Shown piece by piece: positions 38,001 through 50,527 of a stretch of DNA of 58,398 bases. This stretch comes from Bigelowiella natans CCMP2755 (lineage: Eukaryota; Protista; Cercozoa), in the NCBI GenBank assembly GCA_000320545.1, contig ADNK01001539.1:1-58398 (forward strand). The letters are read 5' to 3'. Each line of letters starts with the position of its first letter. Position 1 is the first letter of the stretch. The notes under the pieces are model-generated. The model was not told where the DNA came from. It did not search any database and was given only the letters and a program-made list of their open reading frames with translations. The position numbers and the translations under genes were made by a program.

Positions 38001-41000
38001 TTCCAAATGTCTCAATGAATCCATCAAGTCTGTTCGTTGGTCCGTTTTGGACAAAGTCATTCACAACGCTTTTGAATGTTACTTCGAAAAGGTAGACTGA
38101 GCACTTTAACACCAGCTTGTACGCATCCTTCTTTTTTTCAAGTTCTTCTATATTAGCCTCAGATATTTCAGTTTGAAGATCTGATTGAGTTTTCAATTCA
38201 CTTGTCCAACACTCCATCATGTTGACGTAAAGGGAAAACGAAGTGTCGGTATCTTGATAGGTGTGTTGAGCATATTGAGCGAGGACATCAGCCAATTCAC
38301 CGTCATCATTCTTGAAGAATTTATTAACGGCGTCCACAACAATCAGTGTGGCTCTAAATGCTTGAATGCGGCCGTGGTCCCAAGTAGCTACGACTTCATG
38401 AAGGAAATCTAACAGTCCAGGTAGAAATCGGATGAACGCCCTAGGTTTAGCACGATTTAGATGCTGTAGTGATTTGTCAAGGAGGATGTCCATGAAGACC
38501 CCCTTCTCATCTGTAAGGTGAGCAAGTTCCTTCTGCGTTGGCCAGGAATTTATAAACTCGTTAAGCCCTACACATAGTTGCGTATATTTTAGTTTTGTGT
38601 CACTGCATTCGCATTCATTATTGAGCAAGCACACCTGGGTCTGTTGAGTACATGCTGGAGACTACTCGGGTTGTAAGGAAGAATTTTCGTTCGCCTCCAA
38701 ACCTAAATTTGATTCCACGTTCTTTGGAGCTATCACCGCTTTCATATGGGATCATGTAATTGTCGGGAAGCTTTTCCGCAATGGATAAAGAATATGTTTT
38801 ATTATTCAGTAGCATGTTTCCGGAGTACAACGATAGAACAGAATACCTACATTTAATCATACGTCAGCACTTCCACAAGTGATTCCTGAAAATATTACCC
38901 CACAATTTCCTTGACCGTTTTCTTGCTTCTTTTGCAGGAGACGTTGAAGAAAGTAAAGAATAGATGCGCCTATTACATGCATCGGTCAAATAGTTACAGA
39001 CGTAACTGATTAGTTTATCTACCTGTCTGCTAAGCTGGAGGGGTAGCCGAATTTTAACTTCGTTATCAAAAAACGGTTTTTTGACGTGATAATTTACGGG
39101 CAAGAAGAAGTGTGTGCTTTCCTCCCGATGATCACGGTCCCATATCCATGGTAAGCCTATCGACGTAGGATTCAATTTTCAGCTTGTTCATAATATCCAT
39201 GAGTTAATTCTACAATCTTGAACCTTCAGATTCCAATTTAGTATCAGTCTCTCTTACCTGAGAGATTTCATAATCAAATCCAGTGGATGCAACATAAAAA
39301 TAATCATACCTCAACTTTCACCGCAATATTACGATGTTTTGTGAATTGACAATGCTTCACATATATGTAAAGATTGTTCACAAAATGAGCATGAGGGCGA
39401 GCTAATGACTTCTCCTATGTCATATTTGAGAAAAATCATGTTATTATTTCGGAAGAAACGCATGGCGAAATGGTTAATTTTGTTTAATACTGGGAGAAAT
39501 TCGAGAAGTTTAGTGACTGGTGGGTCGCTTTCAACACCAGAGACTGTTCGTAAGTCCAGAATCCTTGACTCATCATTGGGGGGAGGCAATGGTAACCCAG
39601 ACGACCCGATCATATTTCTTTTTAAAAAATACATTAATCCGAGTTTTAAATTCTGATTTGTTATGAAAGCTACCTTGGGGTCCTGCGATTTAAGCTCAGA
39701 ATCTGAAGCTTGAGCGAGCCACCTACCAAATGAAAGAATGGTAGCTCAATTTGTGAAAGATCACCTAATTTAGATTGATCCACCTTGTATAATTTTGGAT
39801 GGTTTCTTCTGTTCTAGCACCACTTCTCGGACGGTTTTATAGAAATTATCTTCTGATTGCACTTCGAGCTGGAAAAAGAGCGGCTCGATGTGCTTCCCCT
39901 TTCCGATAGCTTTTGTTCTGTGCAACGATTCTCCTTTCGTGTTGAACAATGGTAGAAATCCCCAACAAAAGGGCTGTCGAAACGACTGCAACCGGCGTAT
40001 TGTCATCATTGTTTTCCGCTGGATCATATCTGACATATCATAACATTTAAAAAAAACGTAAATTAAATCGAGGTGTAAAGTTGTAGTTCCAAATTCTGAT
40101 AACCTTTCATAGCTTTTTTCATCGCAGCTCCTTTCAAATATAGATTATCTTGCTGTGAAGACTCGCCTAACCAAAAACAGGCATTGATGACTTTAATGCG
40201 AGAACAATTCTGATATTAATTACCTTGCAGTACTCTTTCTATTCTTACCATGAGATACCTTAGTTATCATGATTCATTTACGAGTTGCTTTAATGCAAAT
40301 TCAAAATTAACAGACATAAAATGGTGTGGCTCTGAGTTTATTGTGAGCATGCCAAATTTTTTTCCGAGATCCTCATTCTCCACAGCAACTCCCGTGCTTA
40401 AAATTCGTTTCAGGTCGTCCGGATCATTAAAGGCTACTCTTAACGTTTCAGAAACTCTACGCTTATGCCTTAGATCGAGGACCCATATACTACAGTACCT
40501 GATTCATAAACTTTTCGTTACAAAATGTCAAGTAATTCAGAATAAGTGGTACATAGGCTCAAAGTCGCCAACAGCGAAATGTAGAGACTCCACACAAAAA
40601 AGTAGTTTGTGTTTGGCCATGGATTCAGCTTCTTGAGAGGGTTGGGATACGGAATGCTCTTCTGATATCTTTCTTTTCTTATACTTATACTTGGGATTAT
40701 ATCTCCAAAACACACCTGGATAGTACCATAGAAATGGACTTTGAATTCAATTTCCAAAGTTTTTGCGTCGAAGTTACGATACCATCATCTTTAAGCGCAT
40801 TTCCAGTTTCCTCTAGGAATTTCTTTTTGCAGGTATCAAACGAAGTTACTAAAAATCCTGGAAAATCTACCTTGGAGTTCGTGCGACGGAGGCGTTCAGT
40901 AGGCGAGGTAATAAATAACTTTTTAACATCGTCCTCATCGGGATCTAATATCTTGTTTTCTGTGTTTCTCGATCTTTTATCTATATAATACTCAGGGAGA

Positions 41001-41461
41001 GGATGAAAGTCAGGTTTTGTAGCAACGAACAAATAATTTCGGTATTTTAGGGATGGATATGATTTCGAAGAGAGGTGCCGTAAAGTAGCTCGCTGCAAAA
41101 AGTTCCTGGCTGACTTTTCATCCGGGGGGAAGTATTTTTCAGAGCACATACGACCCCTTCGTAGTTTTATTACAAACAGAGATTCATCAGTGGGGTCAAC
41201 ATCTTTGCTATCAGAATCCTCATCAGCCCCATCAACCGCTCCACTTTCTGGTATTTTTGGTATGCTTTCAACTTTACTTTCTCTCTTTGTATATTTGTTT
41301 TCTGTGACCACACCATTGCTAGTTCTATCGTTCCGAGAGAGAACTAGTGGCCTAAGGTAACTTGATAATGTTTGGGATATGCTGTGCCCTGTTTTACGAC
41401 CCTTAGAGTAGAGCTTCTTCTTGATGTTAGCCATATCTGCTGACATTTGTCTGCCTCTCAT
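34439..41461 (-). CDS. Dedicator of cytokinesis (DOCK-C/D, zizimin-like) Rho-family GEF with C2/DHR-1 and DHR-2; multi-exon, 5' end uncertain
   Basis: DHR-2 motifs GTYFRVGFYGKSFG..DGKEFVYK, FLQITYLHPHF, FVFSTPFT.EGKARG...EQCKRKT, LSPLESAIEDV and LQGSVATQVNG|GAIEICQAFL. DHR-1 motifs VNYHVKKPFFDNEVKIRLPLQL and FRQPFCWGFLPLF. Short canonical introns. Confidence 0.92.
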
Positions 41462-42354
41462 TTTACAGCCTTCTGTAATTGCCCTTTGTAATTATGTCAA
41501 GTTTTTAGTGTTAAAATAACTAATCTATTAAATTTTGGTGACTATACATGTCGATTGCAAAGGCTACATAATGCTGCAAAGCGCTGAGTGGTAGTCAAAT
41601 ATCATTGCCCGCTAAATCAATGCCTCACCTGATTCTCCACCACCTAGGATCTTAGGAAGAGAGCTCACAGTAGACCAAAGAATAAAACTGGTGCTGTATT
41701 CAAGGTATCGACCGCTCGTCCTGTAGCACAGCCTAAAATTGTTAAATTTCGAATTAAGATTTATAATGGAATACACGGTAATTTTATCACGCGACATCAT
41801 TTTTTAAAAGTCGCAAATATGGAGTCCTCGCGGGTATTGTTCGCCTCCGACATGCTGTTTCCTGTGTTGTTGTTTGAGAGGAACAAACGTAGCCCTGGGG
41901 GGGAAAGACGATGTGCGACAAGAGATATCACGATCAATTTCTCACGATTCAGTGCTAATTCGTCATTCAAAGAATTTTTATTATTTTTTTTCTCCCCTCC
42001 AAAGAGGAACAAAGCAAATGAGTTCGCCCTATTTTTATGGCTTGCGACTTGTTTCAGCCGAAGACGCCTGCAATAATTGAGATATTCATTTATCCAGTCA
42101 GCTCCAATGCAATTCACAACTAGTCAGGTCGCAGAACACTTTATGCCTGCGCTCTCTTTTTGGAAACTGACCTAACCTAATGCCTCTGTCTCCCTCAAGT
42201 AAGCAAGCTGATTTGTTTCCGACGACGAGGATCACGCTTTGCACAACCGAAATCATATACCCAGTCAATTTCGTTTGACGACAACAATTCGTAGCTCATT
42301 TTCAGACAAATTCCCTTTTTGGAGCACAGACTGTTCCTCCAATCGACTACCATC

Positions 42355-43324
42355 ATGCAGATAGGAGGTGGAGGAGAAGGAGGAGAAGGAGGAGGCTCTT
42401 CCTTTGTCAGTGAAGCCATGATGTTCGTGCAAGAAGTGAAAACCGAGTATCAAGGCTCTTCTGTCTACTATGATTTTCTGGATATTTTGAAGGACTACAG
42501 GGCTAAACCGTACTCATAATAAAAATGAGTTTGTTGGTATTTGCATGACACGCCTATTTCCGTCAGAGATTCAATCGATGAGACTGTTCAACGAGTGAAT
42601 AAATTATTCAAGGGCAATAATAAACTGATCCAACATTTTTCCAAATTTCACGAACAGTAGCTTCTAATTATGAGCCACTGAGTGGATATTAATTCTAGAA
42701 CGATGTGCCTGGCAAACGACCGCACCTGACCATTTCCCCACCTGTACTTAGCAATGTGAAAAAGTTAGAGAAAGGAAGCGTGGAAGACTATTTGACTAAA
42801 ATCAAGCATCGATTTGAAAGCAAGCCGCAGATCTACCTACATTTCTTAGAGACATTGACAGCTGCAAAAGGCAAGAACCTAACACTTTCCATATCACTCT
42901 AAGCCTTAAAAATACAACCAATAATAACACAGATGCCATGGCATTGGAGAGAGACTTAGTGAAGCTGTTCAGAAAATCCCATGAGGATGACCTCATTGAA
43001 GGACTAAGGGCATTATTACCGACCTCTGCTTCAACCACGATGATCGAGAATATACAACCATCAAAAACAGACCAGAAGCCAGCGATGCCGAATTTCAAAG
43101 AGGGAGAAGAAATTCTCCAAACAAACAGCGTTAAGGCTGAGCAGAGACGATTTAAGGATTTGCGGTCATTATCCTCTTCGAGACAGCCTGATGCCGAAGA
43201 AGTGGAAGGATTTATTGCCATGTTTGTTGGCGTTGCAAAACGCTACCGCGTTCTCCCAATAGCAGCATCAGTCAGCTATTACTACGGGCATTACATGATG
43301 AGCTCATGCCATCTGCACAGCTAG
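42355..43324 (+). CDS. Small Sin3-like protein with two paired amphipathic helix (PAH) domains
   Basis: PAH1 EAMMFVQEVKTEYQGSSVYYDFLDILKDYR...ETVQRVNKLFKGNNKLIQHFSKF; PAH2 EDYLTKIKHRFESKPQIYLHFLETL...LVKLFRKSHEDDLIEGLRALLP. Includes a GC-AG intron at 42871-42932. The junction near 42660-42700 is not resolved. Confidence 0.75.
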
Positions 43325-44000
43325 ACAGAGTTGAATCGCAAGGATGGTGTCTGCAATCATGTGCTTTCAACGCTTGGCACGATGAACACAATGTGATGTA
43401 TGATCAAGTGGGGTCGAAGCCACAAAAACCATGCGAATCTTCAAGCCGTCACAAAGAACACCAGCATGCTAGCATGATTGTTGTTTTTCATGAGGGACAT
43501 TTTTTGGTGCTCAAGTCGTAGAAATACGCAGTCTTCTTCTTGCAGCACATCACCACCGCCCGCACGCCCGCACGCACGCATGCACATGCGCGTTGCTAAT
43601 CTAGACATTTGAATAAAAGATGAAACTGATGACTTTGACTAGCTATAGCTGGGTACACTCTGTAGAATGTGTGCTCAGACACCAGCAAATACCGTGAGAT
43701 TTCGGATAATTCGGTGTGCGCTCTTTCGCTTAGCAAATTGTTTAATTTTCATGACCATCGACGTGTGCATCTCTGTGTGCATTTTGAGAGCTTCTTAAAT
43801 GTAACATTTTCCCAGCTATAATTGGGAGAGTCTCTCCGCTAACATAAATTTGCAGAGCTGAGCTTACTTGCTTCATGTGTGCACTACGGTGTGCGTGCAT
43901 TGTTCAACTATCAAAAGCTAATACTCTCACAAGGCGCTGGATGCTGCTCGTGACTGATCACATGTATTTCCTGAGGCAAATGTAAGGTCCACACGGGCAC
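43300..44000. other. Partially TpA-depleted intergenic island
   Basis: Long TA-free runs in 43325-43518, rich in catg/tgca; between convergent gene ends. Confidence 0.5.
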
Positions 44001-44056
44001 GTACAACACACAACACACACGCACAGATAAAATCAACCCAATAGATTCACCCCACT

Positions 44057-44901
44057 CTATACCACCATGCCCATCATACGACGTGCGAACCCGCGCATCA
44101 CCTGATTTCCACAGCTAAGGGGCGCGACGATGCTTGAAGGGGAGTCACTTCCAGATTTAACCGTCAACACGAGCTGCGTGTCGTGATCAAATTCGTCGCA
44201 ATTTTTAACGGGGTCCCGCTCCGAGCCTGTTTGCACGGACTCCTTCGATCGGCCGTCGACACAACGTTGGAAAAAGAAAAAAAGAACGATGTTATGACTC
44301 CGCCTTCTACGAGCGATGGAACTGCAGGGATTAGAGTACCACAGAGAACTGAGCTCCCGTCGCACCTATGTACGTAACGGTCCCCCAGCTTTCCATTTGA
44401 TACCTCGACCTGACATAATTAGCAAGTCATCCCGCAAAAAGACTGGGGGGAGGGGGGGGGGGGGGGGGGTGCTAATCGTCCGGAGGTCTGCTCCGCTCTC
44501 ACACGCATAATTCGAAAGACGATCTCTCAGATGAATTGTCCTCTCAAGTGCCTCTAACCCCTTGAGACGAAGCTCGTGACGATTGCATCCTGTGCATAGA
44601 TTCGGGTTCCCAAAGAACCTAATCCCATCATCGTCACGAGATCAGCACACGAATCGTGCGTGCAAGCAAATAAGCAGCCCAACGCCCCCTCCCGCACGGA
44701 CTCTATTGTTTCTCAGTATGAAAGAAAGCGCGGTGGGGTTAAGGAGAAGCTGCTTTTACACCGCATTGTGCATAGAGTACCTCCCGTTTGCCCTGCATGT
44801 GGCGCTAGCTGTATGCGAATTCTCTGTACAAAATGATAACCCTTCATCACACTAAGACGTCACCAAAATAGTCGCAAAGGAATACTACTCAACCACGGGG
44901 A

Positions 44902-44942
<41 letters not shown>

Positions 44943-45583
44943 GCTTCCACGTGTTCTCCTCTTTTTTCTTCATCATATGCATGAAATTGTGAATTGAGCT
45001 ACTACTACTACTACTACCTGCGCATGAAATCGTCAATATCTCGCCAGGCTTCATCGTAGTAGCTGACGGTTTTTACACACACACACACACACAAACAAAC
45101 AAACACACGCACAGACCTCTCACCCAACAATGCAAAGATTCGCATACGTCTGACAAGTATTAGGCTCTCGTCAGTAGCGGCTACATCGGGGAGGGCTGTA
45201 TAACGTATCACGGGGGGGGCTCGGGACTCTGCACGTGCTCTGGCACTTCAGGCGTGGATAGCGAAGCAGGCCCTTTTGATTGATAAAGAGGTAGAATAAA
45301 GGGGGGGGGGGAGAAAAAGCATAGCAAAAGAATTCCTCATATCCACTACAATCAATCGTCAGTAGTAATAATAGCGCCGCGGGTCGCGAAGGAACACACA
45401 TTCTCTCTGTTATTTATTTTGTCGCGCTCAGGAGAGGGTTCAACGCCGCCGCAGAAACAAGCACGCAATCGAGAGAAGGCCCGAGAGGAGATCGATCTCC
45501 ACAAATGACGCCACACTCCACAACAATGATAACAACGAAGCCGGCAAAAAAGGCAAACAGTCCTTAGAGCAGTGTATAGCTCC

Positions 45584-45617
<34 letters not shown>

Positions 45618-45725
45618 GTAACCCCGTCGCATTGAAAGTGCCGTGAAGAAGTCCCGCGTATTTGGTCGAAGATGGAAACACTCTCCAGCTTCGAGGAAGG
45701 GCATGCTACTTCACACCTTCCACAC

Positions 45726-45760
<35 letters not shown>

Positions 45761-45802
45761 CCATCCAATTGCACGATAACAACGAAAAGACTCCGGTTCA
45801 AA

Positions 45803-45839
<37 letters not shown>

Positions 45840-46170
45840 TCTTTAAACACACACACACGCGCGCGCGCGCGCATATGGCCGTGACTACTGATTACTAGAG
45901 GGGAGGGAGATCTAGGTAAGGTACAGGCAGAGGGTTCAATCCAATACTAAATTGTGCTCGAGGAATTGCCCGAGCCTCACCTTTTGAATGGACACGAAAC
46001 AACAGACGCGGAAAGCTCGATTAATATACAGCGCACACACACACACACACACAAACACACACCGCACGGCAATGTAATTAGATAATCGTGAATACCCCTG
46101 AGGAAAGCTCATCCGAAATGACATTTCGATCGGAGTCAACTTGGAAGCTAAGCTCCTGCGTGTGTCATGT

Positions 46171-46215
<45 letters not shown>

Positions 46216-46252
46216 GTATACTCGTTAGATGAAGAAAGAGCGAAAAGGCAGC

Positions 46253-46299
<47 letters not shown>

Positions 46300-46719
46300 C
46301 TCGACGTTGTTCTCCTCAAATTCGTCCAGTCCCCTTACCAACCCCCCCCTCCCCCCCCCCTCCCCTTCCCCTTCTGCATCGCACAACATGCGAAAATGAC
46401 GAGCATTGTCTCGTCCAAATCCTCGTATATCTTCCTTGCTTTGGTGTTTCAGGTTGTTGTATTCAGGTAGTTACGTGTTCGTTGAACTGGAAGAGCTTGC
46501 CCGTCGGCGGATCCAGCTCAATTGCTGTGGTGGTTGGCGCATAAGGAGCGGGAGAAATCAGCGCGACGAAGAGGACGCATTCATGATTGATTTCGAGGGA
46601 TTATCTGCCAGATTTGTGCAGCTGAAATGCTGCTGCTGCTGCGTATTTTGGTTCTCACCTTTGAGTCGAGCAGCATAGGGCTGCGTGTGATACACATACC
46701 TGCACACATACACAAGTAA

Positions 46720-46755
<36 letters not shown>

Positions 46756-46914
46756 CATTTAAATCAATGAGTCCGTGCTGCTTACTCGAGGTGGTGGAAG
46801 GCGTCCTTATCAAACAAGCCCTGCGCAAATCAACGTTCAATGTTAAACCGATCACCCAACAACGCAGATTTACACATGCATCACGACGTACGCTCATACG
46901 CACCCACATACCCA

Positions 46915-46945
<31 letters not shown>

Positions 46946-47478
46946 GCACTACAAACAAACTATAAGCACACCTACCCTTCCGGATTTGAAGTTGTGCCAT
47001 GCGAGCGGGACATTGGAACAGCAGCCAAGACCCATCTTAGCATGCGTACGAAGGAAGGGGGGGGGGGGGGGGAGGAAAACTCACGACAAATAATCTCATC
47101 GCGAGCGTCTGATGTAATAATTACTTTTCTCATCTACTGCACGATATTGATCTTAATAATTCAGTGTCTTCATATATATAGCATGATGCCCCTCCTTTAT
47201 GGCAGCATCGACGATGATAATGCCTCACAAGTGCAGCACCTGTTTCTTCCCTATTGAGCCTTTATTCTTCCAATACCAATCGTCGGGCTGAGAATCGTAG
47301 GATGGGTAAATACGCATAGTATTAAATTAAAAGAATAATAATAATAACAACAAAAGTAAAAAAAATAAAAAATAAATGTGAACCAAATACATCACGATTC
47401 CCAAGGCAATCAACACAAACTACCCCGTTGGGAAAATCCAACCAACTTCTGGACGACCCAAAACCACACACACACACA

Positions 47479-47524
<46 letters not shown>

Positions 47525-48257
47525 AACGTGCATGCGCGCGCACAAACACGTAAAACTGCAGATACACAACCATTTCTCATATTAACGCCTCACACTCCCC
47601 TCCTTACCAACCTTGTAGTGCATGTCGAAAAGAAGATCTCGCGGCCGGAAAAGGTTGAACCGTTGCCGCCCCTCCCGATCCAGCGTGTCGCCTTCCACCA
47701 ACAGCTTATTTGCATTATTCGGCTCGTAGAATAAAGGAAGAGGAGGAGGAGGAGGAGGAGGAGGAGGAGGAGGAGGAAAAGAAGAAGCGAAAACAATCGT
47801 TTTTTGCAAAATGGATTAGGAAGAGCTCTGACCTGGAAGAATGCCGATTTCCCGTAAACACCCAGCAGTATTAGGATCCTCAACCGGCCCAGGCCGATCG
47901 AAGCACTGAAATCTGCAGAGAGGATATGAGTCGCTCCCAATGTAGCTGCACTCTCGCTTCCCCCTCCCCCCTCCCCTCTCTCCCCCTCTCTCTCTTTCTC
48001 CCGGTGTGTACGTGTGTGTGTGTGGCCGTAGAGAGGGAGAGTGCGAAGAAGCGAATGTAGGTAGGAAGATGTACGAGCACTACTATTCAAAGACCGCTTC
48101 ATTGCTCGAATGCCGCTGCTGCTACTGGCTTGCATACTGCCGCTGCTGCAGCTGGTAGTGGCCACTTCTATCTAAAGCATGCACCTTTGAGCGCCCATTT
48201 CAACGACCGGCATTCCAAATTGAAGCCTCATTCCGTACCTGATCGGTTACCACCAAT

Positions 48258-48311
<54 letters not shown>

Positions 48312-49123
48312 ATGCATATTTATATATAACCCCACACGCGTACTGGGCGCTAATGCATGTGTGTACGGATGTAGCGGAAACACGCCACTAAGGCTCGGGC
48401 AGTGCCACCTTCGCAGTGCTTCTCGGGACAAAACGTACCCAACCTAAGGATCGATCGATCGTAAATACGCAAAGAAACCGAACACGCGTGCACACTATGC
48501 ACATGGAGTCTGCAAGCCGCGTTTGCCATTGCAACCTCCTAGAGTATTGGCTACTACAAGATCGAAACAACGCGCGCGTGCGCGGAACAAAACGCTTGTC
48601 TGTATATTCACATATCGCCGATAAAGGTTTGGAAGAGATCGGCAATAGCAAATTCAACCCCGGAGTTAAAGACGACGTTGAACTTCTCCCAATCGTGCAT
48701 AAGCGTGTGCCCGAGATAATGTGCTTCCTCGTGCCGCAGATATGCAAGATACGCCTTCAGGTTCTGTCGGAAGAAGGGGGTGGTGGGGGCGGGCATGAAG
48801 AGTAAGTTTACGGAAACACAAACTCTTGGGCGATGCAAGTATGTTTATTAAGCCCAAAAATAGAACGAGTAAGACTGCCGGTCTGTAGCCTGAATTGCGG
48901 GAAACACATATCATGCATCGTGTACATATAGTAGCACCTCGATAATCAGAAAGGAGTCGATGTCCGCCTGCACAACAAGAAACAGCGCGCTTAGCTGTGC
49001 AAGCTGTGTTGCTTCAAGTGTGTGTGAGTGTGTGTGTGTGTATGATGCAAGCTCGTCGATGCACGCTACGCACAAAGGCCCCCATGGCTGCAACGTCAGA
49101 CTCTACCAAAATGCATATAAAAC

Positions 49124-49159
<36 letters not shown>

Positions 49160-50290
49160 TCTTTAATTATATACCACCTTTAGAAACCACTCGGCGTCGT
49201 GAAGGTAGAGTTGCGCTGCAGTCATCCAGCCTGACATTGAAAATGATCTAACTGCATGCCCTCGATCCTTTCGTCGGGGAGGGGAAGGGAGAGGGGGGGG
49301 GGAGGGTGGGATGTCCTACCACGCCAGCTCTTTTCCCATATATTACGCTCCTCGATTCGATCCTGTGAGGTGTAGTAATCGAGGACGCACACACATGCAA
49401 GCCAGGTGGCCAGTGGTGAAGAACACGAGACGAGTCAATTCAGTGTATTCGCTACTATTCACGCGCGATAGTTTAGAATTGTCTGGTTGTTTCCCCTCAC
49501 CGAGCGTCGCATATCGATCGGCTCAAGATACTTCTCAATGCCCTCAATTCCTGTTGCGAGGAGGGGAGGGGCAAGGTTGATATGAGCACTAATTGAAGAG
49601 AGGGGCACGATGAGTAGAGGTCAACCTAATGCTGAGGCAGGGTGCTTTTCCAGCTGGCCTTTGTGAACCTGGTCGTGCAAAAAGATTCGGTGTAAAACCC
49701 CGTATTTATGTTCGTTGAAGTTTAGTGATAGCGATGATGCGGCGGTATTATCAGACCGCCGCCCCGCCCCCTCTTTCCCCTCGTGCCGGTGCTCTTTTCG
49801 ACTTTTTTTTATAATGCTTTAATTACGTAAAATCTCAACACGTCCGTGTGCGAGCCCCATGTCTCCAGGAGGGACCGAAGGTTAACTGCCAAACACATTC
49901 ACTCGGTTGGCACGTCACTGCCGCATTGTGCTCTTTACATGTGTGCATAAAACAACAAACACATGGAACTATACAAACAATATATACATATATATCCATA
50001 CTCTTCGTAGATTCCTTTGTGATCGGCCAGTTCATAGGCACGCCCACGTATATCCTCGGCCGTCGTTCAGCAGCCACCTCCGCCGTAGTCGATACTTGTG
50101 CACAAAAATAGACTGATCACTCTCAACATTACTCCCCCCCCTCTCTCTTCTCATTGCGTTATAAATGGGTTTTCGTACCTGTTTGCTTCTCTTGATCGAT
50201 GGACGAGACTGCTGAGGGCAGCATGGCGACCCATAGCCAGAGCCAGCCCCATCCCCTGGGCAAGCTCTGATGGTCTCGGCCCCGTGCCAT
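44057..50290 (-). CDS. GT31/Fringe-like glycosyltransferase (C1GALT1-like beta-1,3-galactosyltransferase); many tiny exons, 3' end uncertain
   Basis: Spliced reading: signal/anchor MARGRD...WLWLWVAMLPSAVSS; LLETWGSHTDVLRFY; RNIWEKSW; AEWFLK|ADIDSFLIIE|NLKAYL...HYLG...FNSG|VGYVLSREALRR; VEDPNTAGCLREIGILP|GDTLDREGRQRF; GCCSNVPLAWH. All are GT31 signature blocks, including the DxD motif. Confidence 0.85.
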
Positions 50291-50527
50291 CCACAGGATC
50301 GAGAGAGCGCGTGTGTGCCCTGGTTTTTAGAAATAAATTTTGGGAAATTGTTGGTATATACATATTTATATACTTTTAAAACGTAAACCACTCTGTACAA
50401 AGGAATATCATCTTTCCAAACGTGGTATTATTTTACCTAAATATATCGTATATATTTTATCTGTATACTTATTGCGACGATTTGAAACCCTGTCGCTCAG
50501 CAGAAATTCCAGGCGTTTATGCCGATA

